A stretch of 57,526 nucleotides of DNA from Dehalococcoidia bacterium. Lineage in GTDB: Bacteria; Chloroflexota; Dehalococcoidia; Lucifugimonadales; UBA3495. Where the stretch lies: contig JASLXV010000059.1 in assembly GCA_030740155.1 (NCBI GenBank), positions 1 through 57,526 on the forward strand. Direction: 5' to 3'. A model generated the notes under the pieces. The model searched no databases, was not told where the DNA came from, and saw nothing but the letters and a program-made list of their open reading frames with translations. Below, in pieces: positions 29,267 through 39,821 of the stretch (the stretch's first letter is position 1; each line of letters opens with the position of its first letter). The position numbers and the translations under genes were made by a program.

Positions 29267-31687
29267 ATGAAAATACCTTTGTCCTGGCTGCGAGATTACG
29301 TTGACCTGGAGCTGCCCACCCAGGAATTGACGCATCGGCTGACCATGGCCGGCGTTGAAGTTGGGGATATAGTCGAGATCGGAGACTGGGGCGAGGCCTT
29401 CGTGGGTCTGGTGCAGGAAGTTCGGCCCCACCCTCAGGCGGACCGCCTCAGGTTGTGCCAGGTGAGCACCGGAAGCGAGGAGCTTGAGGTGGTGTGCGGC
29501 GCTCCCAATGTCGCGGCCGGCCAGAAAATCTGCTTCGCCAAGGTGGGCGCCCGGCTGTTCAACACCCATAACGGGAAGCATGAGCCACTGAAAGAGGCCC
29601 GCATCCGGGGCGTGGTTTCCCAGGGAATGATCTGCTCCGAGTTGGAGTTGGGGCTTGGGGATAACCAGGACGGTATCATAGTGCTCCCCGGGGACGCCCC
29701 GGTGGGGACACCCCTCGACCGGTACCTGGGCGACACCATCCTGAACCTGGAGCTTACCCCCAACCGGCTGGACTGCCTATCCATCCTGGGGATCGCCCAC
29801 GAAGTCGCGGCCCTCACGGGCGCCGGCGTTCGAGAGCCGGATATCAGCTACCCCGAGGAGGGTCCGCCGGTGTCCGAGCAGATATCCGTCTCCGTCCCGG
29901 ACCCGGACCTGTGTCAACGGTATACCGCCAGCCTGATCCAGGGGGTGAAGATCGGTCCTTCCCCCCACTGGTTGCAGGAGCGGCTGATGCGGGCGGGGCA
30001 GCGGCCCATCAACAATGTGGTGGACGTGACCAACTACGTCATGCTGGAGTACAATCAGCCCCTCCACGCCTTCGATTACGACCTGCTTGATGACCGGACC
30101 ATCATCGTGCGGCGGGCCGGGCCCGGCGAGACCTTGGTCACCCTCGATGGCGTGGAGCGCCGGCTCAACGACCAGGTCCTGGTGATAGCCGACAGCCACC
30201 AGCCCATCGGTATCGGCGGTGTCATCGGCGGCGCGAACAGCGAGATCGGGCCGGGCACCACCAGCGTGCTTCTGGAGGCGGCCACCTTCAACGGATTCAA
30301 CAACCGCCAGACGGCCATCGCTTTCAGGCTGCGCACCGAGGCGACCCTGCGGTTCGAAAAGGGCCTGCAGCCGGAGTTGGCGCCCATCGCCCTGCGGCGG
30401 GCGACCCAACTCATCCATGCGGTGGCGGGCGGCCGGGTGGCCAAGGATATCATCGATGTCTATCCTGGCCGGAACCAGCCCAGCCCACCGGTGGTCCTCA
30501 CGGCCAGCCGGCTAAAAAAGGTCCTGGGCATGGATGTCGAGATGGAGACGGTGGCGCGGGTGCTGGGGTGTCTGGGTTTCCAGACCAAACGCAAGACACC
30601 AGACACGCTTGAGGTGACCGTCCCCTACTGGCGGAACGACATCAGCATCGAAGAAGATCTGGTGGAAGAGGTGGTGAGGATTATCGGCTATGACACCGTC
30701 CCCACCACCATGCTCTCCACGCCGATACCGAGCCATCGGCCCGACCTGAGGCGGCTACTGCGGGAGCAGGTGAAGGATGCCCTGGCCGGCACGGGGATGC
30801 AGGAGGTCATCAGCTACCCGCTCATCAGTCTGGGCGACCTGGAGAAGGTGAACCGGCTAGATGACGAAAAGCTTCCCTTGCGGGTAGCCAACCCGCTCAA
30901 CGCGGAACAGGAACGGCTGCGTCCGACGCTGAGGCCGAGCCTGCTGGGAACCCTGACCGCCAATCAAGGCCATGGCGAGGGCCCTTTTCTGATGTTCGAG
31001 GTCGGGAGCGTGTTCGAGGCACGGGCCGATGAACTACCCGACGAGTTGGATATGGTGGCCGGTGTTCTGGCGGGACGGCGCTGGGAGCTTTCCTGGCTGA
31101 TTCAGCCGGCCGGCACTCCTTCGGAGGCCCTTCTGGATTTCTATGACGCCAAGGGCATCGTGGAGGGCTTGCTGGGCAGTCTGGGATTGGCCGCGGACTA
31201 CGAGCCCGGGGATGATCCGTCTTTTCACCCCGGCCGGTGTGCCCAAATAGTGTTGGGTGGAGTCAAACTGGGCGTTGTCGGCGAATTGCACCCGGTAGTC
31301 AGAGAGAGGTTCGGCCTTCAAGAGCAATCGGTTGGCTACTTCGAGTTGCGCCTGGATGCCTTGTTGCAGGCGCTGCCCAAGGGCGAGCAGGTTTTCACGC
31401 CGGTTTCACGCTACCCCGAGGCCACCCGGGACCTGGCCCTGGTCATCCCGGCCGACGTTCCGGCAGGCAAAGTCCGGAGCATTATCTCTCGACACCGTGG
31501 GGTGACCGGAGTAGACTTGTTCGATATCTACACCGGCAAGAACATCGACCCGGGCACCAAGTCGCTGGCTTTTCATGTGCGATTCCAGGCTCGCGACCGT
31601 ACATTGACTACCGAAGAGGTCAACCGTTCCCTTCAGGGTCTGCTGCGCACCCTGGAGCGGCAGGTCCAGGCCTCCCTGCGGAGTTGA
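29267..31687 (+). CDS. pheT: Phenylalanine--tRNA ligase beta subunit
   Basis: MKIPLSWLRDYV, VCGAPN, TPNRLDCLS, INNVVDVTNYVM, DLVEEVVRIIGYD. Confidence 0.98.
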   Translation: MKIPLSWLRDYVDLELPTQELTHRLTMAGVEVGDIVEIGDWGEAFVGLVQEVRPHPQADRLRLCQVSTGSEELEVVCGAPNVAAGQKICFAKVGARLFNTHNGKHEPLKEARIRGVVSQGMICSELELGLGDNQDGIIVLPGDAPVGTPLDRYLGDTILNLELTPNRLDCLSILGIAHEVAALTGAGVREPDISYPEEGPPVSEQISVSVPDPDLCQRYTASLIQGVKIGPSPHWLQERLMRAGQRPINNVVDVTNYVMLEYNQPLHAFDYDLLDDRTIIVRRAGPGETLVTLDGVERRLNDQVLVIADSHQPIGIGGVIGGANSEIGPGTTSVLLEAATFNGFNNRQTAIAFRLRTEATLRFEKGLQPELAPIALRRATQLIHAVAGGRVAKDIIDVYPGRNQPSPPVVLTASRLKKVLGMDVEMETVARVLGCLGFQTKRKTPDTLEVTVPYWRNDISIEEDLVEEVVRIIGYDTVPTTMLSTPIPSHRPDLRRLLREQVKDALAGTGMQEVISYPLISLGDLEKVNRLDDEKLPLRVANPLNAEQERLRPTLRPSLLGTLTANQGHGEGPFLMFEVGSVFEARADELPDELDMVAGVLAGRRWELSWLIQPAGTPSEALLDFYDAKGIVEGLLGSLGLAADYEPGDDPSFHPGRCAQIVLGGVKLGVVGELHPVVRERFGLQEQSVGYFELRLDALLQALPKGEQVFTPVSRYPEATRDLALVIPADVPAGKVRSIISRHRGVTGVDLFDIYTGKNIDPGTKSLAFHVRFQARDRTLTTEEVNRSLQGLLRTLERQVQASLRS

Positions 31688-31696
31688 GGGGAGTCG

Positions 31697-33001
31697 ATGC
31701 GGAGTCACAGCCACGGCCATGGCCACGCGGAGCAAGGCATGCTGAGCGTGGAAGAGGCCTACGATCGGGTGATGGCCAGTTTCGGCCCGCTGGAGCCGGT
31801 GGCGACGCCCCTCATGGACGCCCTTGGCCTGGTCCTTGCCGTCGATGTGGACTCACCATTGGACCTCCCTCCGCTGGCCAACTCCGGCATGGACGGCTAT
31901 GCGGTGCGCTCGGAGGATATCCCCGATGCGTCCCCGGACTCGCCGAGGCAACTGAGGGTGATCGGCCTGGTGGCCGCGGGCCAGCGTCCTTCACAGGATG
32001 TAGGACCCGGCACCGCCATCCGCATCATGACGGGCGCCACGGTGCCCGGCGGGGCCGACACGGTGGTCCCCTTCGAGGAAACGGACGAGGTACAACGCCG
32101 GCAGGCAGGCCTTTCCCTGGATGAGATCGCCATCCTCTCCGGCCTTCCGGTGGGGCGCAACGTCCGGCCCGCCGGAGAAGATGTGGGCCGGGGACAGCGG
32201 GTGCTCGACGCGGGCACCGTGGTCAGGCCGGCGGAAATTGGGGTGATGGCCTCCCTGGGGCTGGAGAGGGTGAAGGTCATTCGCCGCCCCGTGGTGGCCA
32301 TACTGGCCACCGGGGACGAGTTGGTGGCCGCGGGCGGGGAACTGGATGGAGGCCAGATTTACGATAGCAACAGCTTTAGTGTTGCCGCCTCCGTAGTGGC
32401 CTGCGGCGGTGTCCCCAAGCATCTAGGTATTGCCCGGGACAATATGGAGGACCTAGAGAATAAGCTACGGGCGGTGGCCGGGTCCGACCTGGCCATCACC
32501 TCGGCGGGCGTCTCCCGGGGCGATTACGATATGGTGAAGGACGTCTTGACCAGCCAGGGGGACATGAATTTCTGGTCGGTGCGCATGAGGCCGGCCAAGC
32601 CCCTGGCCTTCGGCCACCTGCGGACCGGCGGCGACGAGAAAGTGCCCCTGTTGGGGCTGCCGGGGAACCCGGTTAGCGCCATGGTGGCCTTCGAGATGTT
32701 CGCCCGACCGGCGATCCGCACCATGCTGGGCCGGCGGCCGTCGCCCCGGCCGACCGTGGAAGGCGTACTCACCGGCCCGATCTACAATGAGGATGGACGC
32801 CGGGTGTACGCTAGAGTGCAAGTGGAAACCCGAAACGGGACCTACTACGCAACACCGACGGGGCCCCAGGGCTCCAATATCTTGACTTCTATGTCTCGGG
32901 CTAACGGACTGGCCATCTGCCCCGAGGATTTGCCCCATAAACAGGCCGGCGACAAAGTCCGGATTATTATGTTGGACTGGAACGAAGAGGTTTTTGTATG
33001 A
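31697..33001 (+). CDS. moeA: Molybdopterin molybdotransferase
   Basis: SGMDGYAV, IMTGA, TGDEL, IYDSN, GLPGNPVSA. Confidence 0.95.
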   Translation: MRSHSHGHGHAEQGMLSVEEAYDRVMASFGPLEPVATPLMDALGLVLAVDVDSPLDLPPLANSGMDGYAVRSEDIPDASPDSPRQLRVIGLVAAGQRPSQDVGPGTAIRIMTGATVPGGADTVVPFEETDEVQRRQAGLSLDEIAILSGLPVGRNVRPAGEDVGRGQRVLDAGTVVRPAEIGVMASLGLERVKVIRRPVVAILATGDELVAAGGELDGGQIYDSNSFSVAASVVACGGVPKHLGIARDNMEDLENKLRAVAGSDLAITSAGVSRGDYDMVKDVLTSQGDMNFWSVRMRPAKPLAFGHLRTGGDEKVPLLGLPGNPVSAMVAFEMFARPAIRTMLGRRPSPRPTVEGVLTGPIYNEDGRRVYARVQVETRNGTYYATPTGPQGSNILTSMSRANGLAICPEDLPHKQAGDKVRIIMLDWNEEVFV

Positions 33002-33426
33002 CCACTCCTGACCCAGAGGCGCCCGAACAGCAGGAGGAGCCTGCCATCTACAACGTAAGCTTCGATCGACTGGCGAAGCTCAAACGCTCCGCTGTTATGC
33101 TGGTTGCTGAACGCCGCGTTCCCTCCTGTCCGTCTCACGTGAAGGCGGATCATGAGCTGACCGACCCTCAGCAATTGGTGAACGAGATCGCCAAACACTG
33201 CGTCAATGAAGAGAGCTTCATCCGCACGGAAATGCCCATTCAAGAAATAGTGTTCCGCATCTTGCTGAGCCGCCGCAACGCGCCGACCCCTCTACACGAT
33301 CTGCACTACGAGCTGACTGAGCGGTGGGCGACTCCGATGCGGCCCATAAACATCTCCGAGGAAGGGCTCCGTAAGATACTCGATGCTGACACCTACTACG
33401 GGTTCCTCCAGCAAGTCCCCAAATAG
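32998..33426 (+). CDS. Hypothetical protein, possible winged-helix (HARE-HTH-like) C-terminus
   Basis: ATGA overlap with moeA and a plausible coding composition. Confidence 0.7.
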   Translation: MTTPDPEAPEQQEEPAIYNVSFDRLAKLKRSAVMLVAERRVPSCPSHVKADHELTDPQQLVNEIAKHCVNEESFIRTEMPIQEIVFRILLSRRNAPTPLHDLHYELTERWATPMRPINISEEGLRKILDADTYYGFLQQVPK

Positions 33427-33680
33427 GGGAGCCGGGTTGGTTCGCCTAATAGCCTCGGCGGACTTGCCCGCGGATAGCGATCAGCGCGGAAGTCGCCGGG
33501 CTCTAGGTTGCTCCCGCTGACTAGTGGTCGCAGGCAGATGTCACCACGATTCTGACAAGATGCTGAGGCGCGGCAACAGGGATCCGAGGGCCGCACCGCG
33601 CCGGCTTCATCTTGTTCCATGGTGAAAGGCCCGGACTGGGTTGGAACGTGGGGCCAGGCAGCCGTGGCGTGGCGGAACGC

Positions 33681-33715
33681 AAAAAAAACGGGTGGGGTCA
33701 TACCCCACTCGTTTC
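33681..33715 (-). terminator. Rho-independent terminator after rplT
   Basis: The hairpin acgggtgggg-tcata-ccccactcgt is preceded by A8, which is a U-tract on the minus strand. Confidence 0.8.
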
Positions 33716-33737
33716 TACTTGCGGCCTGGTGAAAGGT

Positions 33738-34097
33738 TCAGGCTTCCGCTTTCTGGTTGGCAATGCCGACCAGCTTCTCGAAAGCAGCTTGATCGCGAAC
33801 CGCCAGGTCTGCGAGGATCTTGCGATCCAACTCCAGACCCGCCAGCTTCAACCCATGGATGAACTGGCTGTAGGTGGTTCCCGCTTGGCGGCACGCCGCA
33901 CCGATGCGGATGATCCACAGTCGGCGGAAATCCCCTTTGCGCTCCCGCCGGTTGCGATAGGCGTGGTCCCAGGCGTGTATGAGGGCCTCTTTGGCCCATT
34001 TGTAGTTGCGATGGCTGGACCCGTGAAAGCCTCGGGCCGCTAGCAGCACTTTCTTGTGGCGGCGGTGCTTGGTCACCCCGCGTTTTACTCTAGACAA
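33738..34097 (-). CDS. rplT: 50S ribosomal protein L20
   Basis: [26 protein letters not shown]. Confidence 0.98.
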   Translation of the reverse strand: MSRVKRGVTKHRRHKKVLLAARGFHGSSHRNYKWAKEALIHAWDHAYRNRRERKGDFRRLWIIRIGAACRQAGTTYSQFIHGLKLAGLELDRKILADLAVRDQAAFEKLVGIANQKAEA

Positions 34098-34129
34098 GGT
34101 GAGTCTCCAAATAACCAGAAGGTGTTGGG

Positions 34130-34327
34130 TTAGCCGTAAGGAAGCAGCCGTCTAAGCCGGGGGACATCTGCCCAGTCGACAGAAAGCTTCTGTGCGTACT
34201 TACGAGTAACCTTGTTGGGCTTCTTGCGCCGTAGGTGACTGTTCATCCGTTTGCGGCGCATCAATTTGCCCGTTCCAGTGATGTGAATGCGGGCTTTGGC
34301 GCCTTTGTGAGTCTTAAGTTTTGGCAT
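34130..34327 (-). CDS. rpmI: 50S ribosomal protein L35
   Basis: MPKLKTHKG...TGTGK...LLPYG. Confidence 0.97.
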   Translation of the reverse strand: MPKLKTHKGAKARIHITGTGKLMRRKRMNSHLRRKKPNKVTRKYAQKLSVDWADVPRLRRLLPYG

Positions 34328-34877
34328 CAGCTAGATCTTCTTCTTTCACTTCGGCCTTTTCGGGACGCTGCACGGTGGGAATCAGAATCATCGACAGCGC
34401 TCTACCTTCCAATGACGGGGGCTTTTCCAGCCGTACATCATCCTTCAAGTCGTCGGCCACCCGTTTGAGCACCAGCAGCCCCAACTGCTGGTGGGCGGCT
34501 TCCCGACCGCGGAAACGCACGGTCAGCTTAACCTTCGAACCTTCTAGGATCAACTCGCGGACCTTGCGAGTCTTAGCTTGCAGGTCGTGGGTCCCGATGT
34601 TGGGACGGAACCGTACTTCCCGGAGTTCCGTGCTTTTCTGACCCTTTCTGGACTCCCTCTCTTTTTTCGACGAGAGGTACCGCAGCTTGCCGTAGTCCAG
34701 TATCCGGCACACCGGCGGATCAGAGTTGGGCGCCACTTCTACCAGGTCGAGGTCGGACTCGCGCGCCAATTGCAACGCTTGCTGGAGGTCCATAACTCCG
34801 AGCTGCGACCCGTCCTCACCAATCAACCGGACCTTCGGAGTTGAAATCCGCTCGTTTACCCGATATTTCCTAGCTAT
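34314..34877 (-). CDS. infC: Translation initiation factor IF-3 (non-canonical ATA start)
   Basis: The frame extends upstream of the called ORF: ATA-ARKYRVNERISTPKVRLIG, with RBS ggagg before the ATA. Also LDLVEVAP and PVCRILDYGK. Confidence 0.95.
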   Translation of the reverse strand: MARKYRVNERISTPKVRLIGEDGSQLGVMDLQQALQLARESDLDLVEVAPNSDPPVCRILDYGKLRYLSSKKERESRKGQKSTELREVRFRPNIGTHDLQAKTRKVRELILEGSKVKLTVRFRGREAAHQQLGLLVLKRVADDLKDDVRLEKPPSLEGRALSMILIPTVQRPEKAEVKEEDLADAKT

Positions 34878-34930
34878 GCCCTTCTACCTCCGGGTGATTC
34901 CACACACTTCTGAGAGTAATTGTTCGATTT

Positions 34931-34959
34931 ACTCTAGCACAAGCCCAACCGAACGTCAA
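34931..34959 (-). promoter_or_regulatory. Sigma70 promoter of infC-rpmI-rplT
   Basis: TTGACG-17 bp-TAGAGT with an extended TG. Confidence 0.7.
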
Positions 34960-36407
34960 TCTGGACGTGAATTCCCAGGCTTGGCGCCGGAAAGCGGCCC
35001 ATCGACCGCAACTATGCGCCGGGACTGTGGGCCTGGCCCGGCCTGTCCTTCGCCAAATCGTCGTAGAAGCTTGTATATTCCGTCGCTACCGAAGGTAAGG
35101 GCTGCGATCGGGATCCTTTCATCTGGACCGTGGATGGTCTTGGCGAACTCGAAGTCCGGTGGCAGAGCCATGGGTAGGAACCCATAGGTCTGGATGCCCA
35201 ACCTGGAGAAAAAGCGGCCGTCGGTGGAGGCCGGCAGCAGCATGGGGACAGGCACCGCCTTCGGGTCGGCCTGGCGCAATACATCGGCCAACGTGTCAAA
35301 CAGCCCCAGGTCGGGCTCTTCGGGGCTGGGATCGTGGTAAACGACCTCCAGTTCCACCGCCCCGCCCAAGATGGGGCGCAGTTCGGATATCAGGTCGTCG
35401 GGCCCGTATCCAGGGAGCAGTCGGCAGTCCAGCCCGAGGCTGATCTCGCCGGGGACGACGTTGAACCCTTCGCCTCCCCGGACAACGGTGGCGGTGGCCG
35501 TGTTACGGAGTAGGGGCTCGAATATCCGGCGCCGGCCGCCCAGCAGCTTGAGCGTTAGGCCGGTCAGCGGTGGGTTCAGGAGCAGCCGGAGCAGGGCGCC
35601 CTGAGGAAAGGCTAGGTTCGAGACGATGGCGCGAAGCATCCGCCGGGTTGCCGGGGTGACGTGTACCGGCATCCGGCGGTTTTCCAGCCGAAGCAGCGCC
35701 CGGGCCAGTTGGGCCATCGCGCCGCCCTTGCTGGCGAGGGCGCCATGCCCCCCGGGCGCCCGGACGGATGCCCGCAGCACGCATATCTGTTTCTCGGTGA
35801 CCATGATGGGGTAGAACCGGCGGTTGCCCAGGGGGAAGCTGAACCCGCCAAACTCTCCGATGGCGTAGCGAATGCCCTGAAACAGGTGCCCCTGGCTCTC
35901 CACCAGGTACCTGGCGCCGTATTCGCCGCCCCTCTCTTCGTCGCTAACCAGCGCCAGGACGACGTCCCCCGGCAGGGGAAGGGCTTCCGCTTTCGCCCGC
36001 AGAAAGGCGGTCAGCATCATCGCGATGCCGCCTTTCATGTCCAGGGCGCCCCGGCCCCAGACGTAGCCATCCACTATCCTTCCCTCAAAAGGCGGGTGCC
36101 GCCATTCTCGCGGGTCTGCCGGCACCACGTCCACATGTCCCTGGAGCAGCAGGGGCGGCGCATCGCCCCGGCCCGAAAGCTTGGCGATCAAGTTGGGCCG
36201 GTCCGGAGAGCGACCGACGAGTTGGGCGTCGCAACCGGCGTCCGTCAGCAGCCGGTGAATGTAGGCGAGGCACTCCCTCTCGTTCCCGGGTGGGTTGGTG
36301 GTGTCGAAACGAATGAGGGTTTGCAGCAGTTCTGCTATCCGGTTGGGCCCGCCGGTGAGAGCGATCGGCGACGGGGTTGGCACTCCTGACTCTCCGCTAC
36401 TGAGCAT
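34956..36407 (-). CDS. M20/M25/M40 family metallo-hydrolase
   Basis: DTTNPPGNE, GHVDVVP, GRGALDMKG, DEERGG, GEFGG, STDGRFF, IHGPDERI. Start uncertain (36407 or 36383). Confidence 0.92.
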   Translation of the reverse strand: MLSSGESGVPTPSPIALTGGPNRIAELLQTLIRFDTTNPPGNERECLAYIHRLLTDAGCDAQLVGRSPDRPNLIAKLSGRGDAPPLLLQGHVDVVPADPREWRHPPFEGRIVDGYVWGRGALDMKGGIAMMLTAFLRAKAEALPLPGDVVLALVSDEERGGEYGARYLVESQGHLFQGIRYAIGEFGGFSFPLGNRRFYPIMVTEKQICVLRASVRAPGGHGALASKGGAMAQLARALLRLENRRMPVHVTPATRRMLRAIVSNLAFPQGALLRLLLNPPLTGLTLKLLGGRRRIFEPLLRNTATATVVRGGEGFNVVPGEISLGLDCRLLPGYGPDDLISELRPILGGAVELEVVYHDPSPEEPDLGLFDTLADVLRQADPKAVPVPMLLPASTDGRFFSRLGIQTYGFLPMALPPDFEFAKTIHGPDERIPIAALTFGSDGIYKLLRRFGEGQAGPGPQSRRIVAVDGPLSGAKPGNSRPD

Positions 36408-36604
36408 TGCTTGTAAAAAGCATATCAGCCCGGCGAGCCGGCCGCCATGTCGAGCGCCATTGTAGGCAGGGATCACCCTTACTCCGGATGGGCATTACCA
36501 TGAAAGCGCTCGGCCAAGGGGTGTCCGGGGGGTGCGAGAGACGGTCAGGCGGGACCCGCGCCGGAGGATAAGCCGGCCAGAGATGAGGGAAGACGGGGTA
36601 GTGA

Positions 36605-37486
36605 CTACTCGGGAGAGCCGAGGTCCCCGCCCAGTTCCCTCAGGAAATCCTCGACCTTGGAAGACAAGGGTGGCGGCGGCGGTTGATCTTGCTGCTGCTC
36701 CTTGTCGTAACGTTCCTCCAGTCGCTTGAGCAAGGACGAAACCTCTGAGGCGTCGGCGACGATGTTCTCGAGGGCGGCGTACTGCTGCTCGCCCCGCTGC
36801 CGGTCCACCAGACGGGTCGGCAGGTTGTAGAGGCCGCACAGGACCTCCATGAGCCTGGCCGTTCCGGTGAAGTCTTCGTCCACCTGGAAATACTGGGGTA
36901 GGTGGACTACGAAGGTCCGGGTCTCGATCCCAAGTTCCCTGGCTTGAAGCGTGGCCAGGTAGGTAATGGTAGTCGGTCCTTCGTAGGTGCTGGGGCGAAC
37001 CTGGACCGCGGGGGACCCTTCCGGCGTCTCGGGCCCGCCGCCGCTGCCGGAAACCAGCAGTGGCCTGGTGTGGGGGACCATGTCGTACATGGCGCCGATC
37101 AGGGAATACCGTTTGACCTGGAAGAACTTGAGCAACTCCAGGATCGACTCGGTGTAATCTTCGCCATACATGTGGGGTTCCAGCAGGTGGACGAAGATGA
37201 GGTCCGGAGCCTCTTCCCGTTTGGCGAAGCGGATTACAGTGTTGGGGATGGAGTACTCGCGTTGGCCCTTGTTGATGTAGGAACGGGGACGGTACCGCGT
37301 GAAGTCAAAGAAGCGGCCGGGGCGGGCCAGTTGGCCCATCTTTTCGGCGTGCAGGTGCCGCTCCAACCGGCTTAGACTCAGGGTGCCGACGCTTCCCACG
37401 TCGGTCCACGGCCTCAGGACGGCCAAGACATGGGGGTCTTTCAGCTCCGGGATCGGCTCGATAATTTCAAATTCACCCAATCGCAT
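36605..37486 (-). CDS. PAC2 family (proteasome assembly chaperone-like) protein
   Basis: PWTDVGSVG, FFDFTRYRP, VPHTRP, YEGPT, HLPQY. Confidence 0.85.
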   Translation of the reverse strand: MRLGEFEIIEPIPELKDPHVLAVLRPWTDVGSVGTLSLSRLERHLHAEKMGQLARPGRFFDFTRYRPRSYINKGQREYSIPNTVIRFAKREEAPDLIFVHLLEPHMYGEDYTESILELLKFFQVKRYSLIGAMYDMVPHTRPLLVSGSGGGPETPEGSPAVQVRPSTYEGPTTITYLATLQARELGIETRTFVVHLPQYFQVDEDFTGTARLMEVLCGLYNLPTRLVDRQRGEQQYAALENIVADASEVSSLLKRLEERYDKEQQQDQPPPPPLSSKVEDFLRELGGDLGSPE

Positions 37487-37822
37487 GCCACTAGTTTGAC
37501 AGCCCCTTGCGCCACTTACAAGCCTAGCCGCATACGGGCAAATGGGAATTTAACAGCTCGGTCCCGGTCTTCGGCCCGGCCCGGCATATCTTCTTCGGGC
37601 GCTCCCGTGTGTCGGGCCTGGGCTTTCTGGTATGATACCGTTTTAGACGCCTGGCCGACTGGGCAGCGTGGTTTTTTCATGTCCGGCCCGGCCAAAGGGT
37701 GAGGAACCTGTCGATGCCTCGCTGGGCGGCAGCGGATGGACCGGGGCTCGAAGGTGCGGCGTCTCCACCTAGCTTTCTGGGGCGGGCCGGTTGGGTGATC
37801 TAGAGAGAGTAGTGGACGAAGG

Positions 37823-38576
37823 AATGAGCAGGCCCTCGATAAACCGGGACCGGCATTGCCGGTCCGCCGGCGGGCTGCTCTGCTCCAGGGAAGCGGTCTC
37901 CAGGCTAGCTGGGCGGCGCGCCCGGCTGCTCGTAGCCTCTCTGGCAGCCCTCTTGCTTGCGGCGTGTGGCGGCGGGGCCACGGCGACCGCGCTACCTACT
38001 CCCACGCCCTCACCGGCGCCCACGGCCACACCTCGAATGACCCCGGCGATCACCCCTACCGGGCCTCCGGTCACCGCCGTGCCGGAAACCAGGGCTCCGG
38101 CGCTCCCCGCCTGGCGGTACGTCAACAGCGGCTGGGGGTTGCCCTCCGGTGATGCACCGGGCGGCGTCTTCGCCGAGCAACTGCGGGGCTTCGTCATCAC
38201 CAGCCAGGAAGCCTTGGACGCCTTTCAACTGGCTTTCTTGTTGAGGCGTTCCCTGGGATCAGCCACCAGCCTGGGGCGGGTGGATTTCCCCAACTCCATC
38301 CTGCTGGCCGCCTACTACCTCTGGCGGCCCCTCCGGGGCGATCCCCTCTCGGTCGTGGGTTTCTCCCTGGACGGGCGCCGGGCCGAGGTGCTCCTGGAGT
38401 TGGATGACTCGGCCCAGGGTAAAGAGTACCCCTTGCTGCTGGCGCCCATGGCGATGGTGGCCTTGGACCGGTCGCTGTTTCCGCAAGGAGAGCGCATCGA
38501 GTTTGTGTTTCGATTGACCGGGGGGTCGCAGGACGGGGAGCCGCCGGTGACGGTTTCAACTATCGTAACCCGATAG
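37823..38576 (+). CDS. Lipoprotein with Pro/Thr linker and PrcB-C-terminal-like domain
   Basis: Lipobox LLLAAC, a TPTPSPAPT linker and a VDF..ILLA...G..LSV pattern. Start uncertain. Confidence 0.65.
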
Positions 38577-38639
38577 TTGACCGGCGGCGGAGCGCCCGGA
38601 GTCCCGTTGGGGTTGGCGCCGGCCGTTCGGGATGGCTCC

Positions 38640-39821
38640 TCAGCACTCGCCCGTTTCGGTCAAGTGCCCTTCCCGCCACGCCACCGCGCCCTCGCGCACG
38701 GTGAGGTAGGGGTCCAAACGCATCTCGCCCTTCACGGTGTGCCCCGCCATGTCGTGCCAGGTGAAGTGGCCTTCCAGCGTGTCGAATACCGCGGCGTCGC
38801 CGGCCATCCCCTCGGCCAGTGAACCCAGGGAGTCCTGCAAGCCCAGCACCTGGGCGGGCCGGCTGGTGGCGGCAAATATCGCGTCCTTCAGAGGCAGGCC
38901 CAGGGCGTGGAACTGGCTCACCAGGTCATTCATCCGGTAGACGGTGCGCTCCGGCGGTGGAACGTGAATGTCGGTGCTGATGGTGTCTGGCAAGAATCCC
39001 TGGCTCAGGGCCGCTCTTACCACTTCGATGTCGCAGTGTACCCCGGCGTGGGCCACGTCCATGATCACCCCACGGTCGGCGGCGGCCCGCACCTCGGGGC
39101 GGATCTTCCCGCGTCCGTCGAGGATCGACTCGGGGTTCCCGTTGAAGGCGTGGGTGCAGATGTCCCCGGGACCCAGGTAATCCAGCACCTGGGGCAACGG
39201 AATCGGCGTGCCGCTCACGTGGACCATGAGGCGGCTCCCCGACTGGTCGACGGCGGCCCGGGCTGCCTGCATGGCCGCGGGGGCGTTCCAATAGGCCACG
39301 GCGTTGATGTGCATCCGGACCTTGACCCCGAAGCAGAACCCCGGGTTGCTCTTGACGGCGTCGGCGGTCTGGTCCACATCGATGATCCTCATGTCGTGCA
39401 ACCCGCCGCCCAGGAGCCGGTTGGCGGCCAAGCCTATCCCCGAGATGTGGAGAAAGGCCAGGAGCCGGGTGCGTTGGGTGGGGAACACGTAGTCCCGCAT
39501 CGCCACGTAGTTCTGAAACCCGGCGCTGCCGGCGTCGACACCGGTAGTGGTCCCCGACGCCAGGCATATGTTGTCGGGATGAACCCCGGAGGCGTTGCCT
39601 CCGTGGTAGAAATGACCGTGGAGGTCGATGAGGCCGGGGGTAATCAGCTTGCCCGGCACATCGATGGCCGTGGCCGCCGATGCCGGGTCGATGCGGTCCG
39701 CCACCCGGGCCACCAGTCCGTTTTTGAAAGCTACATCACGGCGGTCATTGATACCTTGGGCTGGGTCCAGCAGCGTGCCCCCGGTCAACAAGAGATCATA
39801 CACTGACGGTGCAGTCGTCAT
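38640..39821 (-). CDS. Amidohydrolase/deacetylase (dihydroorotase-like) metallohydrolase
   Basis: PGLIDLHGH, GTTTGVDAGSAG, GVKVR, MVH, TH, TISTD. Confidence 0.9.
   Translation of the reverse strand: MTTAPSVYDLLLTGGTLLDPAQGINDRRDVAFKNGLVARVADRIDPASAATAIDVPGKLITPGLIDLHGHFYHGGNASGVHPDNICLASGTTTGVDAGSAGFQNYVAMRDYVFPTQRTRLLAFLHISGIGLAANRLLGGGLHDMRIIDVDQTADAVKSNPGFCFGVKVRMHINAVAYWNAPAAMQAARAAVDQSGSRLMVHVSGTPIPLPQVLDYLGPGDICTHAFNGNPESILDGRGKIRPEVRAAADRGVIMDVAHAGVHCDIEVVRAALSQGFLPDTISTDIHVPPPERTVYRMNDLVSQFHALGLPLKDAIFAATSRPAQVLGLQDSLGSLAEGMAGDAAVFDTLEGHFTWHDMAGHTVKGEMRLDPYLTVREGAVAWREGHLTETGEC

Noticed and set aside
36605..37486. PAC2 as evidence of a Pup-proteasome system
   Set aside because: No proteasome, pup or pafA genes are in the window, and the family occurs independently of them.
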